This document shows, piece by piece, positions 24,468 to 34,691 of a stretch of 64,000 bases of DNA. Origin of the DNA: Lepidodermella squamata (lineage: Eukaryota > Animalia > Gastrotricha); contig JBLDXI010000012.1 in the NCBI GenBank assembly GCA_047495785.1, forward strand, positions 186,001 through 250,000. The letters are read 5' to 3'. The notes beneath the pieces were generated by a model. It did no database searches, was not told the DNA's origin, and saw only the letters and a program-made list of their open reading frames with translations. Numbering within the stretch: the first letter of the stretch is position 1; every line of letters starts with the position of its first letter. Both the position numbers and the translations under genes were made by a program.

Positions 24468-24635
24468 CTACCAGAATGCGACTCGAGAGCCCATTCGACG
24501 GTTCGTTTTAGGGCTGTACAGGAAATCGCCCATATCTTCCCGAACATCGGCATCAACGTCGTCGTAGCCAAAGGAAGACCCGATCAGCAAGCAGACCATT
24601 GCAAGAATAGTCAGGAAAATTCCGAAATTATTCAT
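24468..24635 (-). CDS. 55-aa secreted peptide precursor (absent from ORF track)
   Basis: Hand-translated: MNNFGIFLTILAMVCLLIGSSFG-YDDVDADVREDMGDFLYSPKTN-RR-MGSRVAFW*; aaaaATG; AATAAA just downstream. Confidence 0.82.
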   Translation of the reverse strand: MNNFGIFLTILAMVCLLIGSSFGYDDVDADVREDMGDFLYSPKTNRRMGSRVAFW

Positions 24636-24856
24636 TTTTTATTTTGCAGAAAAATATTGTGAACTGAGAACATCCTCCTTCCTACTGCAGTCAAATCAGT
24701 CGGGATTAAAAGCTAATTTATTCTTATCCGACAGGTCAAAGTAATTCATCTAACTTTTTAGGGTATAATTATATTGCTACGTAGAAGGGATTTTCGGGAA
24801 TTGTGGCGTTTTAATAATTTTTTGTCATAAATTAGGTCAATATTGCGCGAGGAATG

Positions 24857-25081
24857 TCACATGGAATCGACTTTGTTGTTCGATCCTGCCGTTCCGTAGA
24901 AGCGGGCTGGTGGTCCGCTGAACTTGCTCCTTCGCTTGTACAGCTGTTCAATAAAGCTGGTATCATCGTCATCGCCGTCGTCTTCGGTGTCAATTTCGAT
25001 GATCCTCGCATAGGTTGACGCGATGATTGCCATAAGTAGGACTAAGGCCAGGGATAGTGCGAAAAGTTGCTTGTTCGCCAT
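24857..25081 (-). CDS. Secreted precursor, acidic spacer + KRR + peptide
   Basis: aaaaATG at 25081; signal peptide MANKQLFALSLALVLLMAIIASTYA. Confidence 0.88.
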   Translation of the reverse strand: MANKQLFALSLALVLLMAIIASTYARIIEIDTEDDGDDDDTSFIEQLYKRRSKFSGPPARFYGTAGSNNKVDSM

Positions 25082-25612
25082 TTTTTTGAGTGAACTAAAA
25101 AAAACCACGAATACTATATTAGGATAAAGGACGATTTTAAATCAATTTATTATGTGGCTTCGGAAATTTTGTTACGGAGAAATGCGATGTGAATCACAAA
25201 GCAGGCACGTTGTGAAATAGGGCCTAGGGAGTCGGGAATCGCCAACGCCTGTTATATATGAAATCTTGTTTGCATAACTTATATTGGATAGCTAGTCAAC
25301 AGATTTCCCGTCGCGGGTAACCCAATTACTTCCAGGGTAACAGCATCAGCTACTCGCCTACGCCATATATTTTAAAGCGATACGCCTTCTTTTGCTGCCA
25401 AATTGAAAGCAAACACAGCAGCTAGAATATAGATAGAGAGGCACGTACGTTTTTTCCACTTATAAGCTATATCGCTTTTTGATTAGTTTGTAAACATAGC
25501 ATTCGCTCGATGAGTGTGATATATAACTTTATTCATATCGATTGTGTATATTCACGAACACTTGTATCGGTCAGTTTTGTGCACGAGCGAGTTGACAAAC
25601 ATCGACTCGTCA

Positions 25613-25774
25613 TCAGAACTTGGGAATGCGATACTTGAAGTAGTTGTACAAACCGCGGTCGCTGTCGTCGTAGTAGTCGCCGAATTCTTCATCATCCTCA
25701 GCTCGAGCTAGGCCGATAATTGCCAGCAGTAAAGCGAACATCATCAAGAAAAAGTCGAAGTTGTTAGCAGCCAT
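25613..25774 (-). CDS. Secreted precursor, acidic Tyr-rich spacer + basic peptide
   Basis: ATG at 25774; signal peptide ..FFLMMFALLLAIIGLARA; EDDEEFGDYYDDSDR-GLYNYFKYRIPKF. Confidence 0.85.
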   Translation of the reverse strand: MAANNFDFFLMMFALLLAIIGLARAEDDEEFGDYYDDSDRGLYNYFKYRIPKF

Positions 25775-26207
25775 GGAATTTTGGAGTGAAAAATGATAAA
25801 AGTATGTTCGAAAAATCGGCTCCACCTATATGTAGCATCGACTGAAATACATAATTTCCTGTCGCCCTTCCAAATTACGAGCGGGGATTTCCTCTTGGGA
25901 ATCAAATCAGCCGCGTAAATTTAACCACGTGCCGCCGACCAGTTGGAGGATTGGTGATATATATTGATCGCGTGGGGTTTTTTCTATTTGCCAAACTCTC
26001 CAGGCGATAGTAGCATGTGGTCGCGGAAAATATACGATTTTTTTGGAGTATCATCAATGTGGTTATTTTTATTTTTATCGACAACGGCCAGGTGCTATAT
26101 TTCAATACATAGCTAATTTTTTATAATGGTGTGGTAATTTGAAAAAAATTGGAAACATATACTATAAGCTATTTTTTTGTTTTCTGAGGCGTGGATAACA
26201 TGAATGG

Positions 26208-26524
26208 TTAGGATTTTTCCAGTGGGCGAATTTTGCGAAACCGCTCCTTCCTAGGCCGCTTTTTGTTCAGCTTATCTCCATTATTTCGAGCCGTCGCGTC
26301 GTTATTCGCTATTTTGAATAGCTGGTTGAATTGTTCACGGTCGGCTTGCGTTGCAATCGGTGCCGTGTCCATAATTTGCGAAGTCTTGCTCGGCTTTTCA
26401 GAGCTCAAAGAGTTTTCCAAATGTATCTCCGGGAATGTGAACCTATAAGATGCTGCTTTAGTCAGAATTATCGCATCATTGGTGTCAATAAGAGGCAGCA
26501 ATAAAATCGTGCAAGAGAGTTCAT
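26208..26524 (-). pseudogene. Probable frameshifted secreted-peptide gene (or 1-nt assembly error)
   Basis: ATG at 26524 is out of frame with the 26208-26501 ORF; adding one A (ATGAAC to ATGAAAC) gives MKLSCTILLLPLIDTNDA... Confidence 0.5.
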
Positions 26525-26725
26525 ATTATTTTTATGAAAATCAGGTTGAATTGAGAGTTTTTACATTTGAAATTCTCACGCTTTACTCGCACCTTTTTAT
26601 TCATCGGAAGTGCGCGCACATCGCAGGCGAAATATGTGGGGGAATCGGACAAATTTATGATGATACATCGTCATGCTATACTAGAATTTCATGTCAAGAG
26701 TCAAGAGTTGTTTTTCTCGCAAGTT

Positions 26726-26947
26726 TTAAGAGCGTGTTGGAGCACGGAAGCGGAAGTTTGGACTCAGGGCCTTGCTAGCATGTCTGGACACGCGCGGGTA
26801 CCAAGCATCGGCATCGCCATCATCCTCGTCGAAATTCGACTCATCGACGTGTTCGATGTTGTCGCCAGTATCGTGAGCCACGCTGTCGCTCACTGAAACT
26901 GCCAGAACAACGACAAGTCCGACTAGAAAAACCAAGGCTTTATTCAT
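26726..26947 (-). CDS. Secreted precursor, acidic spacer + basic peptide
   Basis: gccATG at 26947; signal peptide MNKALVFLVGLVVVLAVSVS. Confidence 0.87.
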   Translation of the reverse strand: MNKALVFLVGLVVVLAVSVSDSVAHDTGDNIEHVDESNFDEDDGDADAWYPRVSRHASKALSPNFRFRAPTRS

Positions 26948-27398
26948 GGCTGAAAATGATGTGATCAAATGCTGTTAAAATCAGAACAAATGACAAAAGG
27001 GCTGGGGTTACTTTTGATGGATGGATTCGTTTTTGGCACTTCCATTTAGAGGCGCGGGGGCGATATTGGCAGCTACCTCGGGTACCACCAACGCGGGAAT
27101 TTAGGACGAGTTATTCTTCAAAAGCCAAATCTGCGAGTCTGACATGTGGTCGAATACAAGACACATCATAGACATCATAGATTTTAGGAATCATTAATTT
27201 TATATCGATTAGGAAAATGAGTCAAATCAGTGGTTTTTTGTAGAACGATGAGTCGACCGGGAGTTTTTTCATAACATTTTTGATGAGCTGAAAATGATTG
27301 AAATTTTCCTCCTAATAAAATGAACCGTTAACAAGGCTTGCTGAAATAATCGCGTTCAGTTTTTATTATCGCTTCATATTTAAGGAAAATAAGACGCT

Positions 27399-27650
27399 CT
27401 ATTCCTGTTCTAGAAATTGCGTCTCACCCTGGGATAAACGAAGGTGTCTAACAAAATCTTCCATTATCTTCAGTTTTCGCTCAGTCGGTACGTCTGCCTC
27501 CTCTGAGCTGAAATCTTCGAGATCGATGTTAGCGAAGTTAGGATCCTGGAACCTGCGGAATGAATCTCCAAAGCGAGCCTCGCTATTTTGCAGAATCAGT
27601 GCGCCAATGAAAAAGAGGAAAATTAGCTGAATAACAATTCGACCTGACAT
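27399..27650 (-). CDS. Secreted peptide precursor, EAR[FY]-like
   Basis: Signal peptide ending SEA then RFGDSF; TATAAAAA ~65 nt upstream. Confidence 0.85.
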   Translation of the reverse strand: MSGRIVIQLIFLFFIGALILQNSEARFGDSFRRFQDPNFANIDLEDFSSEEADVPTERKLKIMEDFVRHLRLSQGETQFLEQE

Positions 27651-27963
27651 TTTTTGCCTGAAACTAGAGTGTAATAATTTTGAAAATATTTTTGCGCCGA
27701 TGAGTTTGTCTTTTTATATTATGACCACGCTGACCCAATCATGAGAAGCGATTTTCGCCTCCAATAACGATTTCTTACTATCCCGCTATCCCTCAAATCC
27801 TTTCCAAGTTGAATAGAGGAGGCGGCGAGTGAAAGCTTGTTAGAGAGAATATTTGGCTCAAAGCCAAAAATCGAAATAAACGCCGATAATTAATTATATT
27901 TTGCTTTATTTTTCAGGCCCACTTCACAAACAGGCTCTAGATTCGCAATTTCGGTATTGACAA

Positions 27964-28251
27964 TTATCCAAATCTGGCAATCTTTTGTTTCTGCCCGCGC
28001 TCGGTAACCTCAGGAAACAAAGCACCCTGTTTAAAAAAAAATTGAAAATAATTAAATTTTCCTTTTTGAAAAAATGAATGATATCGTACAATGACTTTGC
28101 CATCGACAAATCTGTAATTAGCAATGCCAGGTGATCGGAAGACGTCTTGGCGATTTCGGGACTTGTTGAAACGCTTCGCAGCTGAAGATGTTCCGAATGC
28201 CGTCATCATGCCGAGCACTAGTAGTAGTAACAATGTGCGGAAAAACTTCAT
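27964..28251 (-). CDS. Secreted basic peptide precursor ending RFG (RFamide candidate)
   Basis: Signal peptide MKFFRTLLLLLVLGMMTAFG; C-terminus KIARFG-stop. Confidence 0.85.
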   Translation of the reverse strand: MKFFRTLLLLLVLGMMTAFGTSSAAKRFNKSRNRQDVFRSPGIANYRFVDGKVIVRYHSFFQKGKFNYFQFFFKQGALFPEVTERGQKQKIARFG

Positions 28252-28807
28252 TTTAAAATTCGAATTTCTAAATGAAAAAAAATATGTTTCAGTCTAAATG
28301 CTGAAAATCACGCTCTACTTGTCGCCGTTTATTGAGTTATGAGCACTGATGACGTTGTGAAATTGTTCTTTTATTGGCTGATCAGCATTCTTGCGGGTGT
28401 GGTAATGAAGCTTATTAACTAATCCATTTTTTACCACGGAAAATGGGTGGGTAAGGAACACGTGAGAAGCTTTTATTACACACCCAGGTCTTAAAATAAT
28501 TTTTTTAGTATATTTATTAAAATTTGTATAGTAGTAGGCGGATGGATGTATTCTTACAAGTATTTCTGGCGGGGGAAATCGCCCTCGAGGCTACGAGTAT
28601 GGAATTAGTTGTACATCCTTTTCTATTGATCAAATAATTTCTCATGTCCGCTCTAGATGTTTCCGGCCAGCCAGATCTTGTTAGAGACGAACAACAAAGC
28701 GTAGCTATTTTTATTCGATATTGCCGTGTATTTTACAACATTTTAATTCAAAAAAGAGTTGACAATCACAAAGAAATGTTTGATGAATCATTGGTTGAAT
28801 TTTTCTG

Positions 28808-28999
28808 TCATTTGGCTTTGCCGTAAAGGTTTCGAGCTCGGGCGTAGTTGGCGCCCTCCAAATGGGCGCCTGGCACCCATGGCATCATCAGTCGACCCTT
28901 GGCAGCTGCTGCTGAATTGCTCGAACTTTGAAACCCAATGCCAGTCATCACCGCGAAAAACGCGAGCAGTACCAAGAAAATTTGCGAATAAAACTTCAT
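28808..28999 (-). CDS. Secreted peptide precursor
   Basis: Signal peptide MKFYSQIFLVLLAFFAVMTGIG; N-terminus resembles gene at 27964. Confidence 0.82.
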   Translation of the reverse strand: MKFYSQIFLVLLAFFAVMTGIGFQSSSNSAAAAKGRLMMPWVPGAHLEGANYARARNLYGKAK

Positions 29000-29240
29000 A
29001 TTATTCTTTAAAATTGTTTTATTTGAGTGCGAAAATTCTCGCTATAAAGGCGCACAGACATCGTAAAAGGCTCGATGCGGAAACAGGAAGTGTTTTTGCC
29101 ACGTTTTTTTCAATTTACGGGGGCTTTGAGTTTGCGAGGCCCGGAATTAGATGTTGATCTTGACCGCATCTTATATTGATGGAAAATAATTGAACATGAA
29201 GACTTCTAGCAATCGAATAGGATGAAGAAAAAATCGTTGA

Positions 29241-29444
29241 TCACAAGGTTGAAATTGTGTCATGTAGCATTTTAGTAAAATGTAGCCCCTTCAACGAAGC
29301 CGTTTTTCCAGTAATCGATCGAATTTTCTGCCGTGATTGATTGCTTCGAACTGATTGCTCCACACTGCCATTCAAATCGTTCACAGCCATTGATATGATG
29401 ATAGCAATAATAATTAATAGTGCAGCATTAACTAATTTTTCCAT
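29241..29444 (-). CDS. Secreted peptide
   Basis: aaaaATG; signal peptide MEKLVNAALLIIIAIIISMA. Confidence 0.75.
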   Translation of the reverse strand: MEKLVNAALLIIIAIIISMAVNDLNGSVEQSVRSNQSRQKIRSITGKTASLKGLHFTKMLHDTISTL

Positions 29445-29665
29445 TTTTTTTTAAATAAAATGAGTTATATTCAGCTTTCAGCTATTTATAGTATTTACTA
29501 TACAACGCGCGTAGGTGCTGTCCGTCGAGAGTCATCGAAACATGGGAGTTCGAGTTCGTGTAAACTACCTACTCGTAAACATCATGATAGCAGTGACTCA
29601 TCGAAAACATGCCCGAAGAACAAAACTTATAGAGTGCATCCGCTTTTATTTTTCCGAAATATCGA

Positions 29666-29932
29666 TCAATAAGTTAAATCATTGACTTTTAACGGCCGGC
29701 CATTGACGAAGCGTATGTAGCTCGATTTTTGAAAGTTGCCGCCCAAACCTCGAGCTGGTAATGGTTGCAATTCGCCAGGGTTTGAAATCGGGGCAAATAT
29801 GCTGCCAATCACGTGGCTTTTAGGTAGTAGCATGCGGCGATAGGCCGCCATTTGCTTGTTGGCAACTGAAACCACGCTGAACATCGCTACGAGATACAGG
29901 GCCATGAAAATTATTCGCTCACAGCTGGCCAT
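29666..29932 (-). CDS. Secreted peptide precursor
   Basis: aaaATG at 29932 (alternative 29953); hydrophobic IIFMALYLVAMFSVVSVA; RR site. Confidence 0.8.
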   Translation of the reverse strand: MASCERIIFMALYLVAMFSVVSVANKQMAAYRRMLLPKSHVIGSIFAPISNPGELQPLPARGLGGNFQKSSYIRFVNGRPLKVNDLTY

Positions 29933-30176
29933 TTTAATCGAAAACTTGGTCATCAAAAAAAGTGAGATTTAACTGGCAAAAGAATTAGGACTTTCTATTT
30001 TTTTAAGTGATAAAATCGGAGGCGAAATCTGACTGACACTGTATAAAAAATTTCACGCCGAATGTATCAGATTTATTTTATTACAGACCGCCGTTTTTTG
30101 CACGCCTCTCGAGGTTTGTATATATTATATTAAATTGAAGGGCGGGTTGAAAAATTTAAGTTTCTCTATATATCGG

Positions 30177-30512
30177 TTAATCTTCCAATTCGGCGATATC
30201 AGCGCCTCGAGCTTGATGAGGCCTGAAATATTTGATGAGAATATTGTTGATAAGGCTGTTGTTATCAACTTCGCCGTCATTCAGCTCGGCTTCGGTCATG
30301 AAACGCGAATTTTTCGCAGCCGCGCCTCGTTTTCGCAGGTAGGAATCGAAGACCTGTTTGCCGAGGGAAATGCCCTGATAGGGAATACCAGACTCGCCTG
30401 AATTTTCCTGCTGCTTTTGATTAGCCTGTAAGAAGCGAGTTCTATAGCCGAAAGCATTCGCCTCGACCAGCAGAACGGCGAGTGAAAGCACTAAGATCAA
30501 CTTAACAGACAT
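30177..30512 (-). CDS. Secreted peptide precursor
   Basis: Signal peptide MSVKLILVLSLAVLLVEANA; RKR site. Confidence 0.87.
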   Translation of the reverse strand: MSVKLILVLSLAVLLVEANAFGYRTRFLQANQKQQENSGESGIPYQGISLGKQVFDSYLRKRGAAAKNSRFMTEAELNDGEVDNNSLINNILIKYFRPHQARGADIAELED

Positions 30513-30734
30513 GTTTTGACGATGAAAATTTGCAGAATGTAACCGATATATGACCTGACCTAGGGAACCTCGCTCATTCGTGTTAGCGTAGGTTGCGATT
30601 TTTTCAGCGGAAATTTAGTCGAATGACGCGAAAATATTATGTTCGGGACTATGATTTCAGGAAGTCGATGAAATATCAAACTCTTCGTGATCTCTGAAAG
30701 AGTTGAAGCACATTATCGTAAGGACGGGTTATTT

Positions 30735-30880
30735 TCGACTAAGCCAAGTTTTTCATGGATTCAAATTCAGGCCTAATTCAGAAATCGATCAATTAAGGTA
30801 CAAAGGTGTGTGTAATGTGAGCCCCGATTTATCGGTCAAATTCGATGATTTTACGATTTTCACCTGATTTTTACCGATTG
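30735..30880 (-). repeat. Dispersed repeat copy (homologous to ~11725-11860)
   Basis: Reverse complement AAAAATCAGGTGAAAATCGTAAAATCATCGAATTTGACCGATAAATCGG..ATTTCTGAATTAGGCC; boundaries approximate. Confidence 0.65.
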
Positions 30881-31107
30881 AAAATGTGAAGGGCTAAAGT
30901 TGGACAATTATAGCGGACAATTATAGACGCGCTCATTTGCATATGCATTAGCATAATGAATGTTCACTATTTTCTGAAATTTGGGTCAAATTTAGAAACT
31001 CATGTCGCATCATCTGATTTTCAAAAATAATTACCCAAAGTCCAAAATTACCATGAAAATGCATTTATTTTCGAATGAAACGAAGAAAAATGGTATTTAA
31101 AATATGT

Positions 31108-31509
31108 TCAGTCTTTGCTGGTGCAAGGTGGCCAGTAGCACGTATGCCGTTGCGAGTTGACTCGTGCAGCTATAGCCGCTTGTTGCGAGTTGACTCGTGC
31201 AGCTATAGCCGCTTGTTGCGATTCCTTCCTCGCCTTTTGCGCCTTAGTGCTGCTACCGGCTAGGCCTCGCTTCATAGCCAGAATCTCCTCGCTGTCTCCA
31301 GCGGGAGGTAGGGCGAAAAATCGCTTTTCGGCTGTTTCAGCGCTCCACGGCCACGAAAATCGCTTGTCGAAAAATGAGTCATCGTCGTTATTTTTCTGAA
31401 CAGGTTTCCCGCCAAAAGCAGGTGGCACATATTGAAACCTGGCCTCTGTGTAGGCCAAAACCAGCATGAATAAGCATGCTAGACCGATAAAAAAACGGAC
31501 GGTCAGCAT
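31108..31509 (-). CDS. Multi-peptide prohormone with C-terminal CYWPPC ring
   Basis: Signal peptide ending TEA; three KR sites; 11-aa exact repeat; C-terminus HTCYWPPCTSKD. Confidence 0.9.
   Translation of the reverse strand: MLTVRFFIGLACLFMLVLAYTEARFQYVPPAFGGKPVQKNNDDDSFFDKRFSWPWSAETAEKRFFALPPAGDSEEILAMKRGLAGSSTKAQKARKESQQAAIAARVNSQQAAIAARVNSQRHTCYWPPCTSKD
31149..31221. repeat. Exact 33-bp in-frame tandem duplication (SQQAAIAARVN x2)
   Basis: GTTGCGAGTTGACTCGTGCAGCTATAGCCGCTT x2 plus a partial copy. Confidence 0.95.
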
Positions 31510-31760
31510 AATTTTAGTAAAAATAAGACTCGTCCCTAAATAATAAATTTGCTTGCTATTCCTCCGACATCTGTCACGCGGATTTATTCAGCGCTAAAAT
31601 CTCAAGTTGGCACTTTTACTGCCCTGGGACATTTTAAGCGCATAAAATATTATTGAATACATTCATTATAAATAAAATGCATCGGGATAAGAAGCACATC
31701 GGGTTTTTTCGGAAGCGAGGAGATAATTTGGAAATCAGTCTCAAGTACTATTAAAATACT

Positions 31761-32033
31761 TCAAAATTTGCCGCCTTTCATATAGCGGACTTTGCCTACT
31801 GGCTTCGACAGCTTGAAATGCGAATCGGAGTGGCGTTTGCTCTTCCGTTGCATAAAATTTTTGAAGCCAGGCACCCGGTTGGAAACTTGAACATGCTGTT
31901 TGTTGGCCGGGACCCACTGAGCGTGGGAAAATAGCCCGAAATCTTGCCCATCTCGCTCGTTATCCGACCGATGAGGCAGAGCTGCAATCAGGTTAACCAT
32001 AAGAAAAACGCAGACAATCGTCGGAACGAACAT
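31761..32033 (-). CDS. Secreted peptide precursor
   Basis: aaaaATG at 32033; signal peptide MFVPTIVCVFLMVNLIAA; RKSKR site. Confidence 0.85.
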   Translation of the reverse strand: MFVPTIVCVFLMVNLIAALPHRSDNERDGQDFGLFSHAQWVPANKQHVQVSNRVPGFKNFMQRKSKRHSDSHFKLSKPVGKVRYMKGGKF

Positions 32034-32144
32034 TTTTAGCTTAAATTCTAAAATAAATAATATAGAACAATTCGAGAGATAATTATTTATGTGACAGTAA
32101 TGTTGACAGATTAGGTCGATGTGAATTAATTTATTCATTGCGCT

Positions 32145-32450
32145 CTACATCAAATTATTGTAAAAAGAACGAAGACGGCTTTTGTGTTGCGTCCTCTGGC
32201 GCTGTTTCTGCCCGGCCTGTTTTGATTTCATCTCCTTTTGCCTCCACTTTCGCAAGTCTTCATCCGCTCCAACTTTGGCGTAGTTGAAGGCCTCTAGCCT
32301 ACTCGGTTTGTTATCGCCTCGTTTTTCGAGAAAATGATCGAAAAAATCATTGGAAATATGGGAATTACCAGAAGAGCCCTGAATCTTTGGTAGTACTATC
32401 ACTAAGGCGAGAAAAAGCACTGAAATCGTAACTTGAAAGTGACAAATCAT
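32145..32450 (-). CDS. Secreted peptide precursor
   Basis: Signal peptide MICHFQVTISVLFLALVIVLPKIQG; FFDHFLEKR. Confidence 0.85.
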   Translation of the reverse strand: MICHFQVTISVLFLALVIVLPKIQGSSGNSHISNDFFDHFLEKRGDNKPSRLEAFNYAKVGADEDLRKWRQKEMKSKQAGQKQRQRTQHKSRLRSFYNNLM

Positions 32451-32795
32451 CTTGAAAAATTCCTTGTGATTAAAGAGATTTATGCTAAATCGCTCTTTTC
32501 TCTTAATTCCGGAAATGTATAGCCTGCCTTGAGCGTTCTCATTAATTAAAAAATCGAAATAATTAAGAGAATTTTGTATAAGTGCGTCAAGAATGCTTGA
32601 AGTATAATCGAGAGAATAAAATTATTTTTCTGCAAATTTTTTCAGCTTGCCCTAGCGTGGGACATTTGTTATTTAAAAAAACACATTACCGCAAACAAAT
32701 TTTGTGACAGATGCAATCAGGTTTTTTATTCAGACAAAGCACCACAGGGGGAAAGGATATGACATTTTAGTAATTTCTCGCGTGGTTTTTTCGCC

Positions 32796-33107
32796 TCATT
32801 TTTTGCCAAAATATTCGTCGTCGCCGAGAGCGCCATCGATGTCGTCCCAATCGTCGTGAGTCTTGCTGGTGCCGCGGAATTTAGCTAGGCCTTCTTTACC
32901 ATCTTTCGGCTTCTTCCGGAAGCGATTCGCCGCAGTTAAGGCAGCAGCTCGAGATCGGCCCCATCGCTTGGCCAAGCTCAAAGCGCCAAAGGTGTCGCTT
33001 AGGAAATCAGGCCCGTCGTAGCCGTCGTCATCATCGTCATCGAACTCAGCTACAACGTAGCCCAAAAACAAAACTGCGAGGAAAATAGTTTTCGTGAAAT
33101 TGTTCAT
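32796..33107 (-). CDS. Secreted precursor with acidic/basic blocks, ends YF-GKK
   Basis: Signal peptide MNNFTKTIFLAVLFLGYVVA; KR site; amidation signal GKK. Confidence 0.88.
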   Translation of the reverse strand: MNNFTKTIFLAVLFLGYVVAEFDDDDDDGYDGPDFLSDTFGALSLAKRWGRSRAAALTAANRFRKKPKDGKEGLAKFRGTSKTHDDWDDIDGALGDDEYFGKK

Positions 33108-33284
33108 TGTCGTTTATTATATACTTAGTGATGTATCCACAAAATTTATTTGAAAAAAACAGACACACTAAAATAGCTGGTAAATATCCAGTTTCAACAA
33201 AAATAATATTGACCCCGCTAAATGCAAATATAATTGTCTCCTATTTCATAGGGATATGTCGCGTTATTCGATAGTTCCGCCTCG

Positions 33285-33476
33285 TCAGACTTGGTAGATT
33301 TTAGTAGCTCGGGCTCGCATTGCAGGATTCATACCGGCGAGCATATCGGCCGCTTCCAGGCTGCTAGGATCACTGTACTTGATAGAGCCGTATTTTCGGT
33401 GCGTTGAAGCTTCGGCAGTTTCCATTGCCAACATCGCAACAGCGATTATAGCAAAAATTAGCACAAATTTGTTCAT
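33285..33476 (-). CDS. Secreted peptide
   Basis: aaaaATG; signal peptide MNKFVLIFAIIAVAMLAMETAEA. Confidence 0.87.
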   Translation of the reverse strand: MNKFVLIFAIIAVAMLAMETAEASTHRKYGSIKYSDPSSLEAADMLAGMNPAMRARATKIYQV

Positions 33477-34164
33477 TTTTTTGTAAAAACGCTCAACGAT
33501 TTTTTCCTATTTTTTCAAGAAGAAGAAAAACTAGAACTTATGGCTAAAGCTCGTAAAATCAGGGGTTGGGATTTTATTGCTTGGACCAGACGAAGTTTAT
33601 AGGCCCCGAGAGCAACGAAAATTCGTGAGCTGGGATGTAAAAATTAGAAGAAAAGTTGGCTGCAAAGAAAAAAATTAAAAAATCATGATTAAGTTGTTAT
33701 TCATATTCAAATACGAAAAAAAAATTAATTATCCATAGGGAATCGGGATTTTCCTCGTCATCATGCGACTTTAGTTCCAAATTAAAAGTGATTTTGCAAA
33801 GACAATTCAAAAGCCAGGATCAGTAGTGAATAAGTAAATAGTAAATTCAAAATTAATAAATATCAAGCTATTTTCGGAAATATTTTTGCGGGGTGCTTAA
33901 AAGGGAAAATTTTAGTCGATCAAGTTATGCGTGAAATTTCAATTCTTTTCTAGGGCAACCGATTCCTGACCAAAATTGATAATATAAAATATCGTTATTT
34001 TCCCATGCTGGATCTTGGCTATACTGTTTCCGCCTCAATTAGCTGACCACCGAAGTGGCCATGTCCCGTGACGCGGAAAATATGTTCACTGAAGAAGAAA
34101 TTGTCCAATCAACGATAATATTTTATTAATTATTAGACCAATAAAAATTGAGAAATGAAAGCAG

Positions 34165-34479
34165 TCAAGGCATCGCTCTGAATTTGCGGCAATTTCGTTT
34201 CGCCTTTCGCCGCATGAAGTTTTGCTTCGCTTCAGTTCTGCCGTGAATTTCGTTCTCGAAAAATTGCCGAACTTTATTTCGAAGTGCGGGGTGGCGGACA
34301 TCGAGCAGATCAGCCATTTCATCTTCCATACCGCTGATTTCTTCGTTCCGGCGAAGATCCTGGACCATGACTCGCCTCGTCCTAGGCAAGCTGCTCATTG
34401 CGAAGGTAGCTCGAGCCTCGACTTTAACCAGAACCAAAATAGCTAAAATTGCAGCGATGATAAAACAATTCAGTAACAT
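34165..34479 (-). CDS. Secreted basic precursor
   Basis: Signal peptide MLLNCFIIAAILAILVLVKVEA; several RR/KR sites. Confidence 0.85.
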   Translation of the reverse strand: MLLNCFIIAAILAILVLVKVEARATFAMSSLPRTRRVMVQDLRRNEEISGMEDEMADLLDVRHPALRNKVRQFFENEIHGRTEAKQNFMRRKAKRNCRKFRAMP

Positions 34480-34691
34480 TTGAAATCGAAATTATGTTGA
34501 AAAACCACGGTTTTTTCTTGCTATTTAAATACTTATTTCGCGATACAAGTACATAAATAACCGCGTTGCCTTGTCAGCATCCGGGTCTAGTATTAATCAT
34601 CTAACCCACAGAATGAGTCACACATATAATAATAACCTTTATTGATTATAATTATTAATACAATTACACTCAATTTATTAGCACAAGTTGA

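Noticed and set aside
31108-31140. Assigning CYWPPC to urotensin II or vasopressin orthology
   Set aside because: Lacks the WK pharmacophore, the neurophysin domain and the expected precursor position
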